A stretch of DNA of 64,000 bases from Owenia fusiformis (lineage: Eukaryota): NCBI GenBank assembly GCA_903813345.2, contig CAIIXF020000001.1, forward strand, positions 8,990,001-9,054,000. Reading direction: 5' to 3'. Made by a program: the position numbers and the translations under genes. Shown here piece by piece: positions 36,020 to 49,837 of this stretch (positions are counted from its first letter, which is position 1; every line of letters begins with the position of its first letter). Under the pieces are notes generated by a model, which saw nothing but the letters and a program-made list of their open reading frames with translations, made no database searches and was not told the origin of the DNA.

Positions 36020-39000
36020 ATGTCAGATATTGAGGGGACAATAAATAGCTATGAGGCTGTGTGTAAGATCACAAATTCCAAGCCACATGAACACATAATG
36101 CGTGTTTTGAAAAAAGAAAAGGAAGTCATTGAAATGTAAGTATCAGTGTTAACTACATCTGCTTTAAAATGTGCATATCAAATGTCTTCGATTAAAATAA
36201 TGTGAATCTATAATTTTATTTTATTATTTATTATCAGCACTGTCACTGTGTGATAAAATGCACAATCATTGTTTCTATTTTGTATGTTAAATTGATTTAT
36301 ATTCAATATATTGTGATTACATGTATGTCAAATGTGTTGTGCATGCAATGCACAGATCAATACGCATGTTTCTTCCTCCATGTACATGTATATTAATTGT
36401 GTCCATGTATGTTCATATAGGACAAAAGAAGAGGGTCTGTGAGTAAATTGAAGTTAAATACATGTTGCTTACTGTATGTTTGTGTGTGATGCTGAGGTTA
36501 TCTTGCATTCATATAAGACTATTTATATTCTATTTACTCTATTAATTAATACACATGAGAGATTATTCTGTGCACATAACTCTTACATAAAAGCTTTGAA
36601 CATCAAAGGTAACAATCCCCAATGTTACCCTATGGCCATTTTCTTTCAAACACTGGTTTGATAAATTTGTAAAGGGTCTGGGAAAAAATGAAGCATTACT
36701 ATAAAGAATGATGCTTGAATTGGGAATGTGTATTCAGAATAATGTCTCACCTTTTATAGATCTTTGGGTCATGTATAATCACTTAAATTACATGTATGTT
36801 GTACATATGTCACTTTTATTGAAAGTACATGTAGATAAATGTAGTTTGTTTAGATTAGATTTAATATATGTTTGACCAATTTTTGCAATCAGAAGTGCTT
36901 TAAAATGAGCTTTTTAGTGCATTTACTATTTATAGAGATGACTTTAATGGTAGAAGCTGCAATTATAAAATATCAATTTAATATCATTTTAGAACTTTTT
37001 TATTTTGAGAAGTTATATTTTTGAATCTATTAAGTCCAGGTTCCCGATCCTTTTTATACATATAGTTTCCTACAATATACTCATTTTTTTAATTAACATA
37101 CCGTAATTTGCAACAAATAAATTCTTAAAATATTGTTTTTTAGTTCATAACCACTGTAATTTGCAACAAATAAATTCTTAAAATATTGTTTTTTAGTTCA
37201 TAACCACTGGACCCAATTATAATTGGTCTCTTGTCACATAAAACAGAAAGCCCCTGTGGCAGCCATTTCTTTTGTTATTCAGTAATTTGTTTGCCAATTC
37301 ACAACCAAGCAACCTTGTTGTCATTGCAGTATATTTTAACACTGTTTAACCTAAAATAAAAATGTTCAAAAAATTCTTATGTGTATGTGAATGTGTATTC
37401 AGAATAATGTCTCACCTTTTATAGATCTTTGGGTCATGTATAATCACTTAAATTACATGTATGTTGTACATATGTCACTTTTATTGAAAGTACATGTAGA
37501 TAAATGTAGTTTGTTTAGATTAGATTTAATATATGTTTGACCAATTTTTGCAATCAGAAGTGCTTTAAAATGAGCTTTTTAGTGCATTTACTATTTATAG
37601 AGATGACTTTAATGGTAGAAGCTGCAATTATAAAATATCAATTTAATATCATTTTAGAACTTTTTTATTTTGAGAAGTTATATTTTTGAATCTATTAAGT
37701 CCAGGTTCCCGATCCTTTTTATACATATAGTTTCCTACAATATACTCATTTTTTTAATTAACATACCGTAATTTGCAACAAATAAATTCTTAAAATATTG
37801 TTTTTTAGTTCATAACCACTGTAATTTGCAACAAATAAATTCTTAAAATATTGTTTTTTAGTTCATAACCACTGGACCCAATTATAATTGGTCTCTTGTC
37901 ACATAAAACAGAAAGCCCCTGTGGCAGCCATTTCTTTTGTTATTCAGTAATTTGTTTGCCAATTCACAACCAAGCAACCTTGTTGTCATTGCAGTATATT
38001 TTAACACTGTTTAACCTAAAATAAAAATGTTCAAAAAATTCTTAAAATAAATCATATTGTTTATGTAAAAGGTTGAAACAATTTAATAATCTTGTACATT
38101 CATACTTCCAGTGAGGACAGGGACAAAATGTACCTTGATTTAGCTGGGAACAAGCATCTTATGAATGACAAGAGGTTTACTGATGATGACATGGAAGTGC
38201 TGTACAAGACACTGAAGAATAACACCTATGTCACAACCTTAGATTTACGTTACAACGAAGTAACAGATAAAGGAGCTCAGTGGCTTGCCAAACTTATAGA
38301 GGTACTGTTTGGCAAAAGTCATATACATTTGAGCAATTAAAGCGAGCATTTCATTTGATTAACAAATACATGTAATTATCATCATTAATTATGAGAAGTC
38401 ATAATGTTTCTTCCTATGATCTTCAGGAAACACCAGCTCTAATAGAACTGAATGTGATGTGCAACAACATTGAGGGAGATGGGGGAGAGCACCTAGCTGC
38501 AGCTTTACATGTAAGTCAGATAACATAGGTGCAGCTTTTTACGTAAATTGCATAGCATGTAGCTGCAGCTTTATATGTAAATGCATCTTTTTATGCAAAT
38601 TGCAGAACATAGCTGCAGCTATATATGTAAATTGCAAAACATAGTTGTAGCTGTTTATGTAATTTGCACAACATAGCTGCAACTTGATATATAAGTCCGA
38701 TAATATAGCTGCAGCTTTAGCTTTAGGTTAATTGCACAACATATTTTTAGCTGCTGTTTTATGTTAGTCAGATAACAGCAGCAGCTTTAGATACATATTA
38801 ATTGAATAACATAGGTGCAGCTAGATGTAAGTCAGTTTACATAGCTGCAACTTTGATATCTACAGGGTGGCCAAAAATGCAGTATGTTATATTATCCTGC
38901 AACCTTTTATTGTTAGCCATAGGATAGAACTGTAGAAGCTTGCACATAACAGCAGCTTCATCTGTTTATTAATGCCTTTTATTCTTTCTCTAGAAAAATG

Positions 39001-41333
39001 AGACACTGCGTATTCTGCGACTTAATGGTAACAAGATGGGTAACAAAGGAGGGATGTGTTTTGCTCAAGCACTTCAGATCTCAACCACATTAGAAGCACT
39101 GGACTTAGGAGATACTGACATGGTAGGTGGATCATAGTGTTGATCAGATACAAATCACAAGAACTGACATCAGAAAATACAACATAATATCTTATGCTTG
39201 TAATAAATACTACATGCTTCATATAGAACATTTGTTTTTTGAAACATGTGCAACATAGCTGTACTGTCATTGCAAAGCATGTGTGAATCATACTTTAACA
39301 TTTATTGTACAATTTTTATGATGACAGTACTAGTATTTAAATAGTATGATTATTCTATGATGTGTGAATGCATTTTGATTGTAGAAAACTGAAAGCATTG
39401 TAGCCCTAGCAGCAGTCTTGCACTACAATAGAACTCTTAAGGCTTTGAATATTAATAGACCTCTATTGTTCACACAACAGGAGGAACCTACAAATCACTT
39501 TGCAAGAATGCTCAAAGTAAGTTCTCTTTAAGTTACTGTCTTTTTGCATGCTGCAACTGTCATCAAGGTATCAACATTGACCCCACACACCCTGCCAAAC
39601 CCTGTGTTACCTCTAATAATAGTGGATCAACCTCTTAATAATACCCAGAACTTTGAGGTGTAGCAACTTGTAACTGGAGTATGAAGTAAAGCTTTTTCTG
39701 AAAAATTTAGTTTAAAATTGCTCTTCTAGTAAGCATCTTTGGAAGTATCAACATTTAAATTGAAACTGCAATAAAAATTAAATAATAATTTTTTAAAGCT
39801 TTGATGTTTACTGAAATAGAGGTATCAATGTGAAACACTTCTGTAGATGGAACATTTCCATAAGTGGAACATTACCCCAGTGTGCTATAGCCTGTTATGT
39901 GTAATGCTATTTGCAGGTAAATAAAACTCTTGAAGAGCTTCATATGCAGAAATATGACATGAGGGACTTTGGAGCAACTATGTTAGCTGAACAACTAAAA
40001 CATAACTTTCATCTTACTTATCTCAACCTGAGTTGGTAAGTCTTCCTTTACAAAATGTATTGGTCTGTAGATCGTAGGAGCAGTGCCTGGTGTATTTGAT
40101 CCAATTTAATTTCAATTTCAAAACAAAACAAAAATAAACCATCCAGACCAAAGAACAAGGTTTGTAGCATTTATAGACTTCATTTATATTTTATTTCAGT
40201 AACAGAATCACAAGAGATGGCACTAAGGAATTAGCCAAGTTATTAAAGGAAAACACTCCCCTTAAGGTTTTAGACCTTGGCTTCAATAGACTAGAAAATG
40301 ATGGAGCTAAATATTTAGCAGAAGCCCTAGGAACATATAATGTCAATCTTACCACGTGAGTTATACATCCCATCCTTCCCTACATAATACTTTCAAACTC
40401 TGTTAAAGTCATAACTGTCATATCCTTTTTGTAAAATGTAAACCAAATGAAAGTCAGATTCATCTCAATATGAATATAATAAAAAAAGCTGCAACAGATT
40501 TTGTGTTTTAATCAGGTTTGAAGGTTCAATTATCAGCATTGAGTTGTATTTGCAAAATGCATTATAAAATTGTGTATCATAAATATATTGTACTGTATTT
40601 ATGTTGTCAGGCTTGTGATAGGCAGTAACAATATAGAAGGTGAGGGACTATGTGCTATAGCTGACTGCATGAAGATCAACAACAGTCTCACCAATGTCTA
40701 CATCTGGGGAAACATTCTTGAGGAATCTGCTTGCATTGTGAGTGATTCATTAGCTATAGAATATTTTCCTCATTTTGAATATAAAATGTTTAACTCTAGT
40801 GCTTAGGTGTGTCATACCTTGAGAAAGGAATTCTTTTCTATCCCCTGTACATGCTGTACAAACCTACATCTTTTCAGTGAGAAACAGACATTTTTCAAGT
40901 ATTCTTACAAGTTTGTTGCTCCAGTTTGAATGCAATACTCTGTGAACAAATCAAATGTCATGTTATTAGAGGCCACACAAGGGAGGAAGGCACTCTCATT
41001 GTTTCATTGTTTGCTATTTCTCTTCCTTGATCAATTCAAACATCTCTCTGTCTTTCCACATAATGACAACATGGGCACAGTTTGGCTTTACAGTTCAAAT
41101 CATTTATGCCACTTTTCTGATGCAGAAGTATGAATGAAATAAATTAATTTTGCTTGCAGGCATTTGCCAACTTAATCGAAACAGGACGCCTTAAGAAAGA
41201 GAACACAGACGTTCAACCTTATGTTGTAGATGGGGTCACATCACTTTGTGAACTAAACCATCACATTAGAAGACAATATTACTATACCCACACATTTGGT
41301 GGTGATGTATCCAAAAAGACAATAAGGACCTAA
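36020..41333 (+). CDS. LRRC34: Leucine-rich repeat-containing protein 34-like (RI-type LRR)
   Basis: Exons ~36020-36135, (36421-36438), 38112-38301, 38427-38510, 38994-39122, 39385-39516, 39917-40034, 40200-40355, 40611-40737, 41160-41333; LDLAGN...TLDLRYNEVTDKGA; NINRPLLFTQQEEPTNHFARMLKVN; C-terminal GRLKKENTDVQPYVVDG resembles LRRC34. Confidence 0.88.
36724..38044. repeat. Near-perfect 656-bp tandem duplication (period 665) in an LRRC34 intron
   Basis: 36724-37379 = 37389-38044 with a 9-bp spacer; each copy holds an internal 53-bp tandem duplication. Confidence 0.92.
38495..38860 (+). repeat. Degenerate ~33-bp minisatellite starting inside an LRRC34 exon end
   Basis: TAGCTGCAGCTTTAYATGTAA.T.....AACA repeated about 10 times. 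Confidence 0.75.
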
Positions 41334-42211
41334 TGTATATCACATCTTTAGAACCAGATATCAGTATCTACTTTTGCATCAAGCCCCTGTATCCTCCTCC
41401 CTATTTGTCTCCCTAAAGTGCAAGGTAAAGAATCTGAGGGGTTGCAGAGGCCTGATGTAAGACATATAGTCAAAACCGAATTCCAATCCACTTTGCTCCA
41501 TGTCCCATCAAGATTTTGAAGGATGTTCATAAATGTCTTGTTGACTCCAACATTACACTAGAAATAACTGCACAGATTTTACTCTACGGAAATATTAATA
41601 AAAATTACAGATGTACGAGGAACTACAAGTGCATCTGTAGATTGACAGAAGAACGTTAAAAGTACAATTCTTGATCAAATGTTTTTACAGTGAAGTTACA
41701 GTCAACAACTTAGAGGAACCAAAACAATAAGAAAGATCTAAATTAATTTATAATAAATTCTAAAAATCAACAATATATTTATTTACTTTATATGTACATA
41801 TTACATTTTTGTATATAAAGCATTGTACAAATGTATATATTGTAAATCAGAAAACAATAATAAATATCTTACATTTTGTATGTTTGGTTATTTTAAATGT
41901 CTCATAATTTTGGCATGATATTATTTAACTTGCACCATTTTAGACTTTTTTGTCAAGTTTTAATTTGGTGGGATAGGAATCGGGATGAGACAATAAACAT
42001 ACATCTTGATCGTTCTGTTATGATTGGTTATGATAAGCTAGATCAAAGGATTATCTCTTATTCCAAGAGTAGACATGAAGCTCTTTGTTAAAGAAAAATC
42101 ATATTGAAAAGGGTATGGTTGTTTTTATGATTTATTTGTGTATATTGATTAACATGTACTTAGATTAACATGTCTTGAGCAAGCAATACTGTTGTAGATT
42201 TGTAATAATTT

Positions 42212-45200
42212 CTATGATGGTGAACTAACTATGGGATTATCTTGCTGCTTCATGACCTCAGTATCTTCTAATCCAGCAATCATACCTTTCGTTTGGGATG
42301 CATCAATTCCATTCACATGTGGTGTGTCGCCATCTCCATTTACTTGGAGTGTGTCATTATTCTTCACTTCAATATTGCTATCAATCACAACAGTCTCATG
42401 CTCCTTTCCAAGAAGGATGTTCTCCTCTTTTCTATCAAGGTCATTAGTCTTAGATTCAAGCTTTTGTGAATTTGTTTCTAAGTCACTGTCTGCTTGTTCA
42501 CTGAATTCCACAATTTTATCATCTTGACCCTGAAGATCATTTCTGGAGTCTCTGGATGTGACCTCCCCTGTGTTGTCTGCTATTGAAGTGTCAGGTGATC
42601 CTTGTGTGTTGTCTTGCTCCTGAAATATAATGGAAATAGTATACATGTCTTCAATAATGTTACATTATACAATACAACATATTTTCTCTCTAAAACCCTC
42701 AGCTGTTACAGTGTTACCAGTTATCATTGTTGGTAGTTCACTCAAGAAAGGTTTTTTTCTATGGTAGTCAATGGAGCATGTTCCGTTTTCACTTAAATTC
42801 ACTAAGGTATTTATAAATACACACTAAAATATATGCAAAGAACTAATAAAATTGTTTGTTTATACAAAACAATCAAAAATATTGCTTCTCTTTGTTAATC
42901 TGTATCTCTGTATAACTCTTTTTTTAATAAAATATGTTTCCTTCAACTTCCTTTAACTTATGAGATATTTGGGATGGGATTTTCAATTTAATGATGGCTC
43001 TTTGGAGGTGTTTGACAAACTTCTTTCATTTCTCTCATTTGAAATAAAAGATTTAATCCAAAAAATCATGCCAATACCTGTGATGTGTCCTCTAAGGCAG
43101 GTGGTGGTGGTCTCTGCCAGGCAGGAATAACTGGGGTAGAAGCTGGAGTAGGTGGGAACTGACGTCTAAAAACAAAAAGATCCTCTCCTTTACCTGACTG
43201 TACCAACCCTATTACAGTATGCGTGTACATGAGATCATTGTTTATATTCCACTACCAATTTCATGAAAAGGCAGTAAATCTGTTATTTCACTAATGTTGA
43301 TATATGATAATCATGGTTTTATTAACAATATCTAAAATATTATAGGATTAGGCTACAATTTTAAATTGGCTAGAGCATAACACTTACCTGTTCAACAGAA
43401 GGCCCTTCAATGAAGTGATTTCAGTCTTGATCTCATTCACATAGCTCGCCTCTGTAGTCTTCATTGCACTGCTACTCTGGAACTGAGTGAATATAATAAT
43501 TAAGAATTTTACATTTACAATATAGTAAAATTATAATACCTGTCTATCGTGTACTGTCTTTACTCAATAATATGACATAGGCTTTGGAGGGGGTAATGAT
43601 AACTCTATTTATGTAGCATAATATTTTTGTTATATTCTATGGATTTAAACTTACTGCTGTATTGCCAGTGTTGAGACTAATCTGTCTAATCTGACTTGCC
43701 TGTTGCCCAACTGTCTCATTCACCGTATCTAACAAATAACAACACATATCATGGAATATCTGAACAAGTTAAGTAAAAGTATTCAAATAGTAATGTAAAA
43801 AAGGCTGTACATTCAAGAGGATATCAAACAGATTATATTTTTGAGATATTTCAATGAAAAGTATTGATGAATTTCCTGATTTAATTTAACTTTTTGTACC
43901 TCAGGTATTTCAGAAAAGAATACACCTCAAGTATTTCAGAAAAGAATACATGTTTGATGCATTATAACAATAAAAGCATGTCCATAGGCAGGGGGGCTAG
44001 CACAACACAAAGTGACTAAAAGGGATTGTCAAAACTCCGGATAGTTCTACTTTATAAGTTAACACTTATTACTTGTAAAAATCAATTAATTAATACAAGT
44101 ACTTACATACCAGCCAACCTAAGACCAAAAATTTGCGGTAGTTATTTATTTAATTGCGGTATTTTTGCGGTCGATTTTTTCAAAATGCAGTAGTTTTTGT
44201 GGTATTTTTCGACAAAAATGCGGTAGTTTTTCGGGAGATTTTGAAAAAATATGGTAGTTTTTGCAAACGATTTTTGAAAAAATGGTACTTTATCGGAAGT
44301 TTTTGAAAAATGCGGTAGTTTTACGGTAGATTTTTGAAAAACTGTAGTTTTGCAGAAGATTTTGTAAAATGCGGTAGTTTTTCAGTAGATTTAAAAAAAT
44401 ATGGTAGTTTTTGCGGTCGATTTTTGAAAAAATTGTAGTTTTGGGGAAGATTTTGAAAAATGTGGTAGTTTTACGGTAGATTTTTAAAAAACTTCAATGA
44501 ATAAATGATAAAGTATGTTTTTCGAACACAGCATGCATGGAACTCTTTCATAAACAGACTAACAATTTGAACACTTCAGTGTTTTTATAACTACAGTAGA
44601 ACCTGTAGTAGTTGAACACTGTGTTTTTGTATCACGATACCCAGTGTGTTGACTGATTACACGCCAGCTTACTTAGTTACTTACTAAGTACGCAATAACC
44701 ACTGTCACAGACCTGCTGACACCTATTTATTTTTGGGATGGTAATGGAATATTACAAGGGCAATACGAGAAGAATTAAGTTTTTCAGAATTTCCAAATAA
44801 TAACGGTAGATTTTATGGTAGTTTGAACAAGAATACTGTTAATTCTAGCAGAAATACGGTAGATTTTCAAATATTTACGGTATATTTTACAGCCGTTCTT
44901 ATAGATAAAATCGAATCATAATAAAATATTTTACGGTAGATTTCGGTAAAATTATGGTCAATTTTTTTACAGTTGTTTTTTCGGGAAAAAAATCTACCGT
45001 AATTTTACCGAAATCTACCGTAAAATATTTTATTATAATTCGATTTTTTCTATAAGAACGGCCATAAATTTTACGGTAGATTACCGTCAAAATACGGTAG
45101 GTTGGCAGGTATGACTTATACAAGAACACAAATGTGTACAATATGTCCCCACCTATGGGTAATCCTGTCAAATGATTATCCTAAAAATGAGTAGACAAGA

Positions 45201-46543
45201 CTTTACCGACACAATTTGAGGACGGAGAATCCAAAATGGCCATCTTAAAATTTACCAAGAATGACAAAAAATTAGTCAGTTCTAGATTTTCATACTAAGA
45301 ACCACCCCTGAAAATTTGAAATTGATCCCTCACACAGTTAACCAGAAAACATGTAAACAAGACGTTACAGACAAGATTTGAGGACATAAAATCCAAAATG
45401 GCTGCCTTGACATTTATCCAGAATGCCAAAAACTAATCTGTTCTAGATTTTCATACTAAGAATCATCCCTGAAAATTTAAAATTGATGTACCAAACAGTT
45501 CACCTGGAAATGTGTAGACAAGACTTTACAGACAAGATTTTAGGACAGAAAATCCAAAATGGCTGCCTTGACATTTACCAAGAATGCCCAAAAACTAATC
45601 AGTTCTAGATTTTCATACTAAGAATCATCCCTGAAAATTTGAAATTGATCTACCAAACGGTTCACCTAAAAACGCGTAGACAAGACTTTACGGGCAAGAT
45701 TTTAAGACGGAATTTCCAAAATGGCTGCCTTGACATTTATCCAGAATGCCGTAAAAATTATCAGATCTAGATTTTCATACTGAGAGTCATCCCTGAAAAT
45801 TTGAAATTGATCTACCAAACGGTTCACCTGAAAATGCGTAGACAAGACTTTACAGACAAGATTTTAGGACGGAAAATCCAAAATGGCTGCCTTGACATTT
45901 ACCCAGAATGCCCAAAAACTAATCAGATCTAGATTCTCATACTAAGAATCATCCCTGAAAATTTGAAATTGATCTACCAAACGGTTCACCTGAAAACGCG
46001 TAGACAAGACTTTACAGACAAGATTTTAGGACGGAAAAATCCAAAATGGCCGACAATAAAAAAGTGATTATGAGTTTTTGCTGAAATCTTTTTACAAAAT
46101 TATCACATATACCTATTGTTAACAATAACATAAGCTTTTACAACAAAGTACACCTGAAATTATTTATAAAGCTACTAAAAAGTTAAAGCATGAAAACTGA
46201 AAAACACCATTCAATATGATAGAAAGTATTATCGCGCGCTAACTTTTCTTAAAACATTCAAAATGGCTGACATGACTGAGCTAACAGGTCCAAAACCTAA
46301 TCAGATCTAGAATGAAGTGAGCTGAACAAGATGTTAAAGTTTTAAAAGCAACTGTGAAGCCGTTTTTCTTAAAGTTTGCAGACAAGGATTTTAGCATTTG
46401 ACTTCAAAATGGCCGACAGGAAGTAGGTATCAAGTTAATTTTTTTTCATCCACATCTGTATGCACTCATAAATTATCCCTGAAAATTTGAAGGTGATATC
46501 TGCAGCGGTTTTGGAGAAAACTCCCGGACGTACGGACAGACAG

Positions 46544-46574
<31 letters not shown>

Positions 46575-48370
46575 GACAGACGGACGCGGACAATATGGCC
46601 CCACACTATGTGGTGGGGACATAAAAAGGCTCACCTAATGTTTCATTGAGTTTGTCCAATGTTGTCTTCATAGAATTTTGAAGCTGATTGACTGAACTTT
46701 GGAGAGTTTCTAACTGTTTCTCTTCTGCACTCTTTCCCATCAGATAAGGAATAACATATTTCTGAAATAATCATCACATATGAACTTCTTAATGTTATAA
46801 AAGCATAGCACTACCGGTAAGTGATCCAGTGATCTCCCCAGGATTTTTTCTCGGGTATATACAAAGTTTTCATTTTCACAATTCAGACCAATGCCAACAT
46901 GCCAATTTTTCATGATTTTTCTCCCTTTCAAGTGGGTGCATATGGAATTTCAGGTTGGTGCAAGCCTATTTTCAAAATCTTAGGTGGGTGATGCGCCCAC
47001 TTGCTTTAATGCTGGGGAGATCACTGTAAGATTATGAGATCAATTAGAATTTATGATATACATCTCACTTTTAGTAAAAACTCAATTTTTGAATGAGAAT
47101 ATGTTTATATATGTTAATATCCTTTTTATGTATCTTAGTACATTCTTCTATAATTATCAAACATCAAAGTCATGAAAAGGAGAGTACATGTGGTTTTCCG
47201 TAATCTTAAATCTAAAGTACTGTGTGTGACATGTACCTTCACTAATGCGTAAACAGCATATACAGCACTGACAACAAATGCGAAGTCTTTAATTCTTGTC
47301 CACCATGACACTGGACCAGGTAGAGGCTGTAACGGTTGTAATTGTCCTTGTGGGTAGGGTCCCTGTTGGTACTGGCCTGGGGGTTGGGCCACAGGGGAAG
47401 AGGTATTTTGCACTGGAAGTGGGTTGTTTTGATCACCAGATGTACCTGACCTCTCTATTGCAATATCAATTTCTTCACTTGTAAGCCCTGAAAACATCGA
47501 GAATAAATGAATTTTATAACAGTTCTGCAAATTATAGTTTAGCATCTGATCTCCCATCGGGACCTATAGGGAGTGACAAAATTGCAAGCAACATGTACAA
47601 TTGACCAATCAATCTAGCCTTTACAATCTCAAATACAATATCTTCTAAACGACATTGAGTTATTTGGAAACATATTTCAAACCACAAAGTTATTAAAATG
47701 TGCACACATAACATTAGAAAACTGATATATAGTACTACAAAATCAATTCTGTGTCTCATAAGTCCATGTAGGGGTATTTTGCAAAGGTGATACTTTTTAA
47801 AATAAAATAAATGAAATAAAATTACCTTTTTTCTCAAGAAAAGCTTTTCTCTGGGCAAAGTTGCTGGACCGAACTTGGGGATTCTGTAGAAACTTGATAG
47901 CTGTACCAATCTGGAATGGTAAACAAGACATGTACAATACAGTGTAGCTCATTAGATAAGACAAGGCATTAACATGAAAAATATCACTACATGCCATTGG
48001 ATACAATTGACAGGCAACCGCCAGACGCTCCCAGCCAAACACCATCCACAAAAAGACTATAACAATATGTCACCACCAAGTGGTGACATAAAAACAGGCA
48101 ATCATATCAAGTATGATATGAATATACTAGTAACCTATGCCTATAATATATTTCATGTATACGTTGTATAGACCAGGTATTTGTACGCATTGAGATAAAT
48201 GTTACATCTACTGACCAATTTCTGATCAAGTCAAGGCAGAAAGTTGGAATGGCCTTTGGTTAAGTATAGTCAAAGCATGTAATTCTTACCAAATTTTCTC
48301 TAGGTTGGGTTACAGGTGGTGAGGCTGCAGGTGACATGGCCTGAGGATCATCTGAACCATCACTTGCCAT
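42212..48370 (-). CDS. PEX14: Peroxisomal membrane docking protein PEX14
   Basis: Exons ~48370-48290 (..PRENL), 47910-47827 (IGTAIKFLQNPQVRSSNFAQRKAFLEKKG), 47487-47237 (LTSEEIDIA + hydrophobic segment), 46761-46636, 43727-43655, 43482-43389 (EIKTEITSLKGLLLNR), 43166-43078 (RQFP..IPAWQ), 42619-42212 (acidic tail). Confidence 0.95.
44106..45113. mobile_element. TIR element with ~30-bp subterminal repeats and 5-bp TSD
   Basis: ACTTA|CATACCAGCCAACCTA ... TAGGTTGGCAGGTATG|ACTTA; GCGGTAGTTTT/ACGGTAGATTT arrays at ~44135-44490 and 44800-45100. Confidence 0.75.
45119..46626 (+). mobile_element. Non-autonomous Helentron-like element with a 162-bp tandem array (~6 copies)
   Basis: Sub-TIR ATGTCCCCACC / GGTGGGGACAT; TAGACAAGACTTT at ~45192, 45514, 45677, 45839, 46001; (ACAG/ACGG)n ~46525-46590. 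Confidence 0.8.
46827..47026. mobile_element. ~200-bp hAT-like MITE (family shared with 55332-55538)
   Basis: CAGTGATCTCCCCAG ... CTGGGGAGATCACTG; internal GTGGGTG repeats; TSD not clean. Confidence 0.75.
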
Positions 48371-49505
48371 GATGTATGATACTTTATGGTTACAGCTCTA
48401 GACACACCTGACTGTTAACTAACATACTTGAATACAGCAACTCAGAAATCTGAAATAACAATAATCTTATTTTGTAAAGTATTTGTACATAAGTTAATGG
48501 ACAGCTTGTCCATGATCTGGTAAGTACAATTTGAAATTTGTTAAATTTTTGTGCAAAAATCTGAGTACTAAGAATTTCCTGATCTGTCAACAAGGTCAAC
48601 ACCCTTTAGCCCAAATGAAACGTGATTGCCTTGCATACCGATTGTCGTGAGTTATACCTGTGCCATTATGTTGGTCTTTACAACTTATCATGATTAATTC
48701 ATTGCATGAAATGAAGAATTGTTATTATTGTACATTTACCTGTTTTATTCATGAACACTTGGAGAAAGCTAACCACCAAACTCTTTATGTTGTACACATT
48801 ATAAAGATCTTTCTAAGGATCATGATAGATGTTTATAATTCATGATTGTAGCCACAGAAACAAATCTAAATAATTCCATGGAGGACAACCAAAATGCCTT
48901 CCAAATCCTTGGGCAATAGTTCTTCAGTGCAATCAAAGTATTGACCAAAGAATGGTTGTCTTTACACCCTTTACATTATTGCCCGACAACATAACTGGCT
49001 ATAAATTCATTCATTTGATCACTTTTTATTTGGTGATGAGGCCAAAACAATATGAAGTAAGAATGAAGATAGAATACAAGATGAACCAATCTAATAATCT
49101 ACATATGAAGATGTACATCTGTGTTATTGATATATGACTGCCATTGTCAATGTCATATCATTACTATCATTATCAATCACATCAAATATACTGTAGATCG
49201 GAGTTGGAATACTTGGCTACCATTGGTAATTTGGTTTCCTGGATAAAAAAACGTTTTCTACTTTTCTGGCCCATTGCAGCACCATTCAAATGAATCGAGG
49301 TTTATACTCGATAGGGTAAGTACTTTATCTATCAGGAAACATTTCTAAGTTAGGTTAGAAACAGAATTTCTTGAGATGGCGGAGAAGACTTTGTTGACCA
49401 AAATAATTTTCTGAAACAGGGATCTTTGCGATGGTACTTCTCTCCAGGTTCATTTATCTCAAAATCCGTAACCCTATCATTATCTTGTAAGGCCCTGGGG
49501 TAATG

Positions 49506-49837
49506 CAGGGTTCGATCTTAGCGGTAGCAAGGAGCAAATTTGCTACCTGATTACACATTTTGCTCCAAAACTTCGTGGCTGGGAGCAAATGCTTGCTACC
49601 TTAAATTTACGCAATGAATCTCATGTATTTCAACCCTTCTATCGATAGAATAAATGGAACTTACCACTCCCGATATTTTTTCATTTTTTCATCGTGTTTC
49701 CGATAGGAGCAATTTGCTACCTGATAATATTTTCTTGGAGCATTTTTGTTGCTACCTGAATATGGGGATCTGCTCCTTGTTTTGGTAGAAGGTAGCAAAT
49801 CCTTGCTACTGGTAAAAAAAGTTAAGGTCAGACCTTG
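49506..49837. mobile_element. hAT-like MITE with 5-bp TSD
   Basis: TAATG|CAGGGTTCGATCTTAGC ... GTTAAGGTCAGACCTTG|TAATG; internal TTGCTAC/GGAGCAA repeats. Confidence 0.8.
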
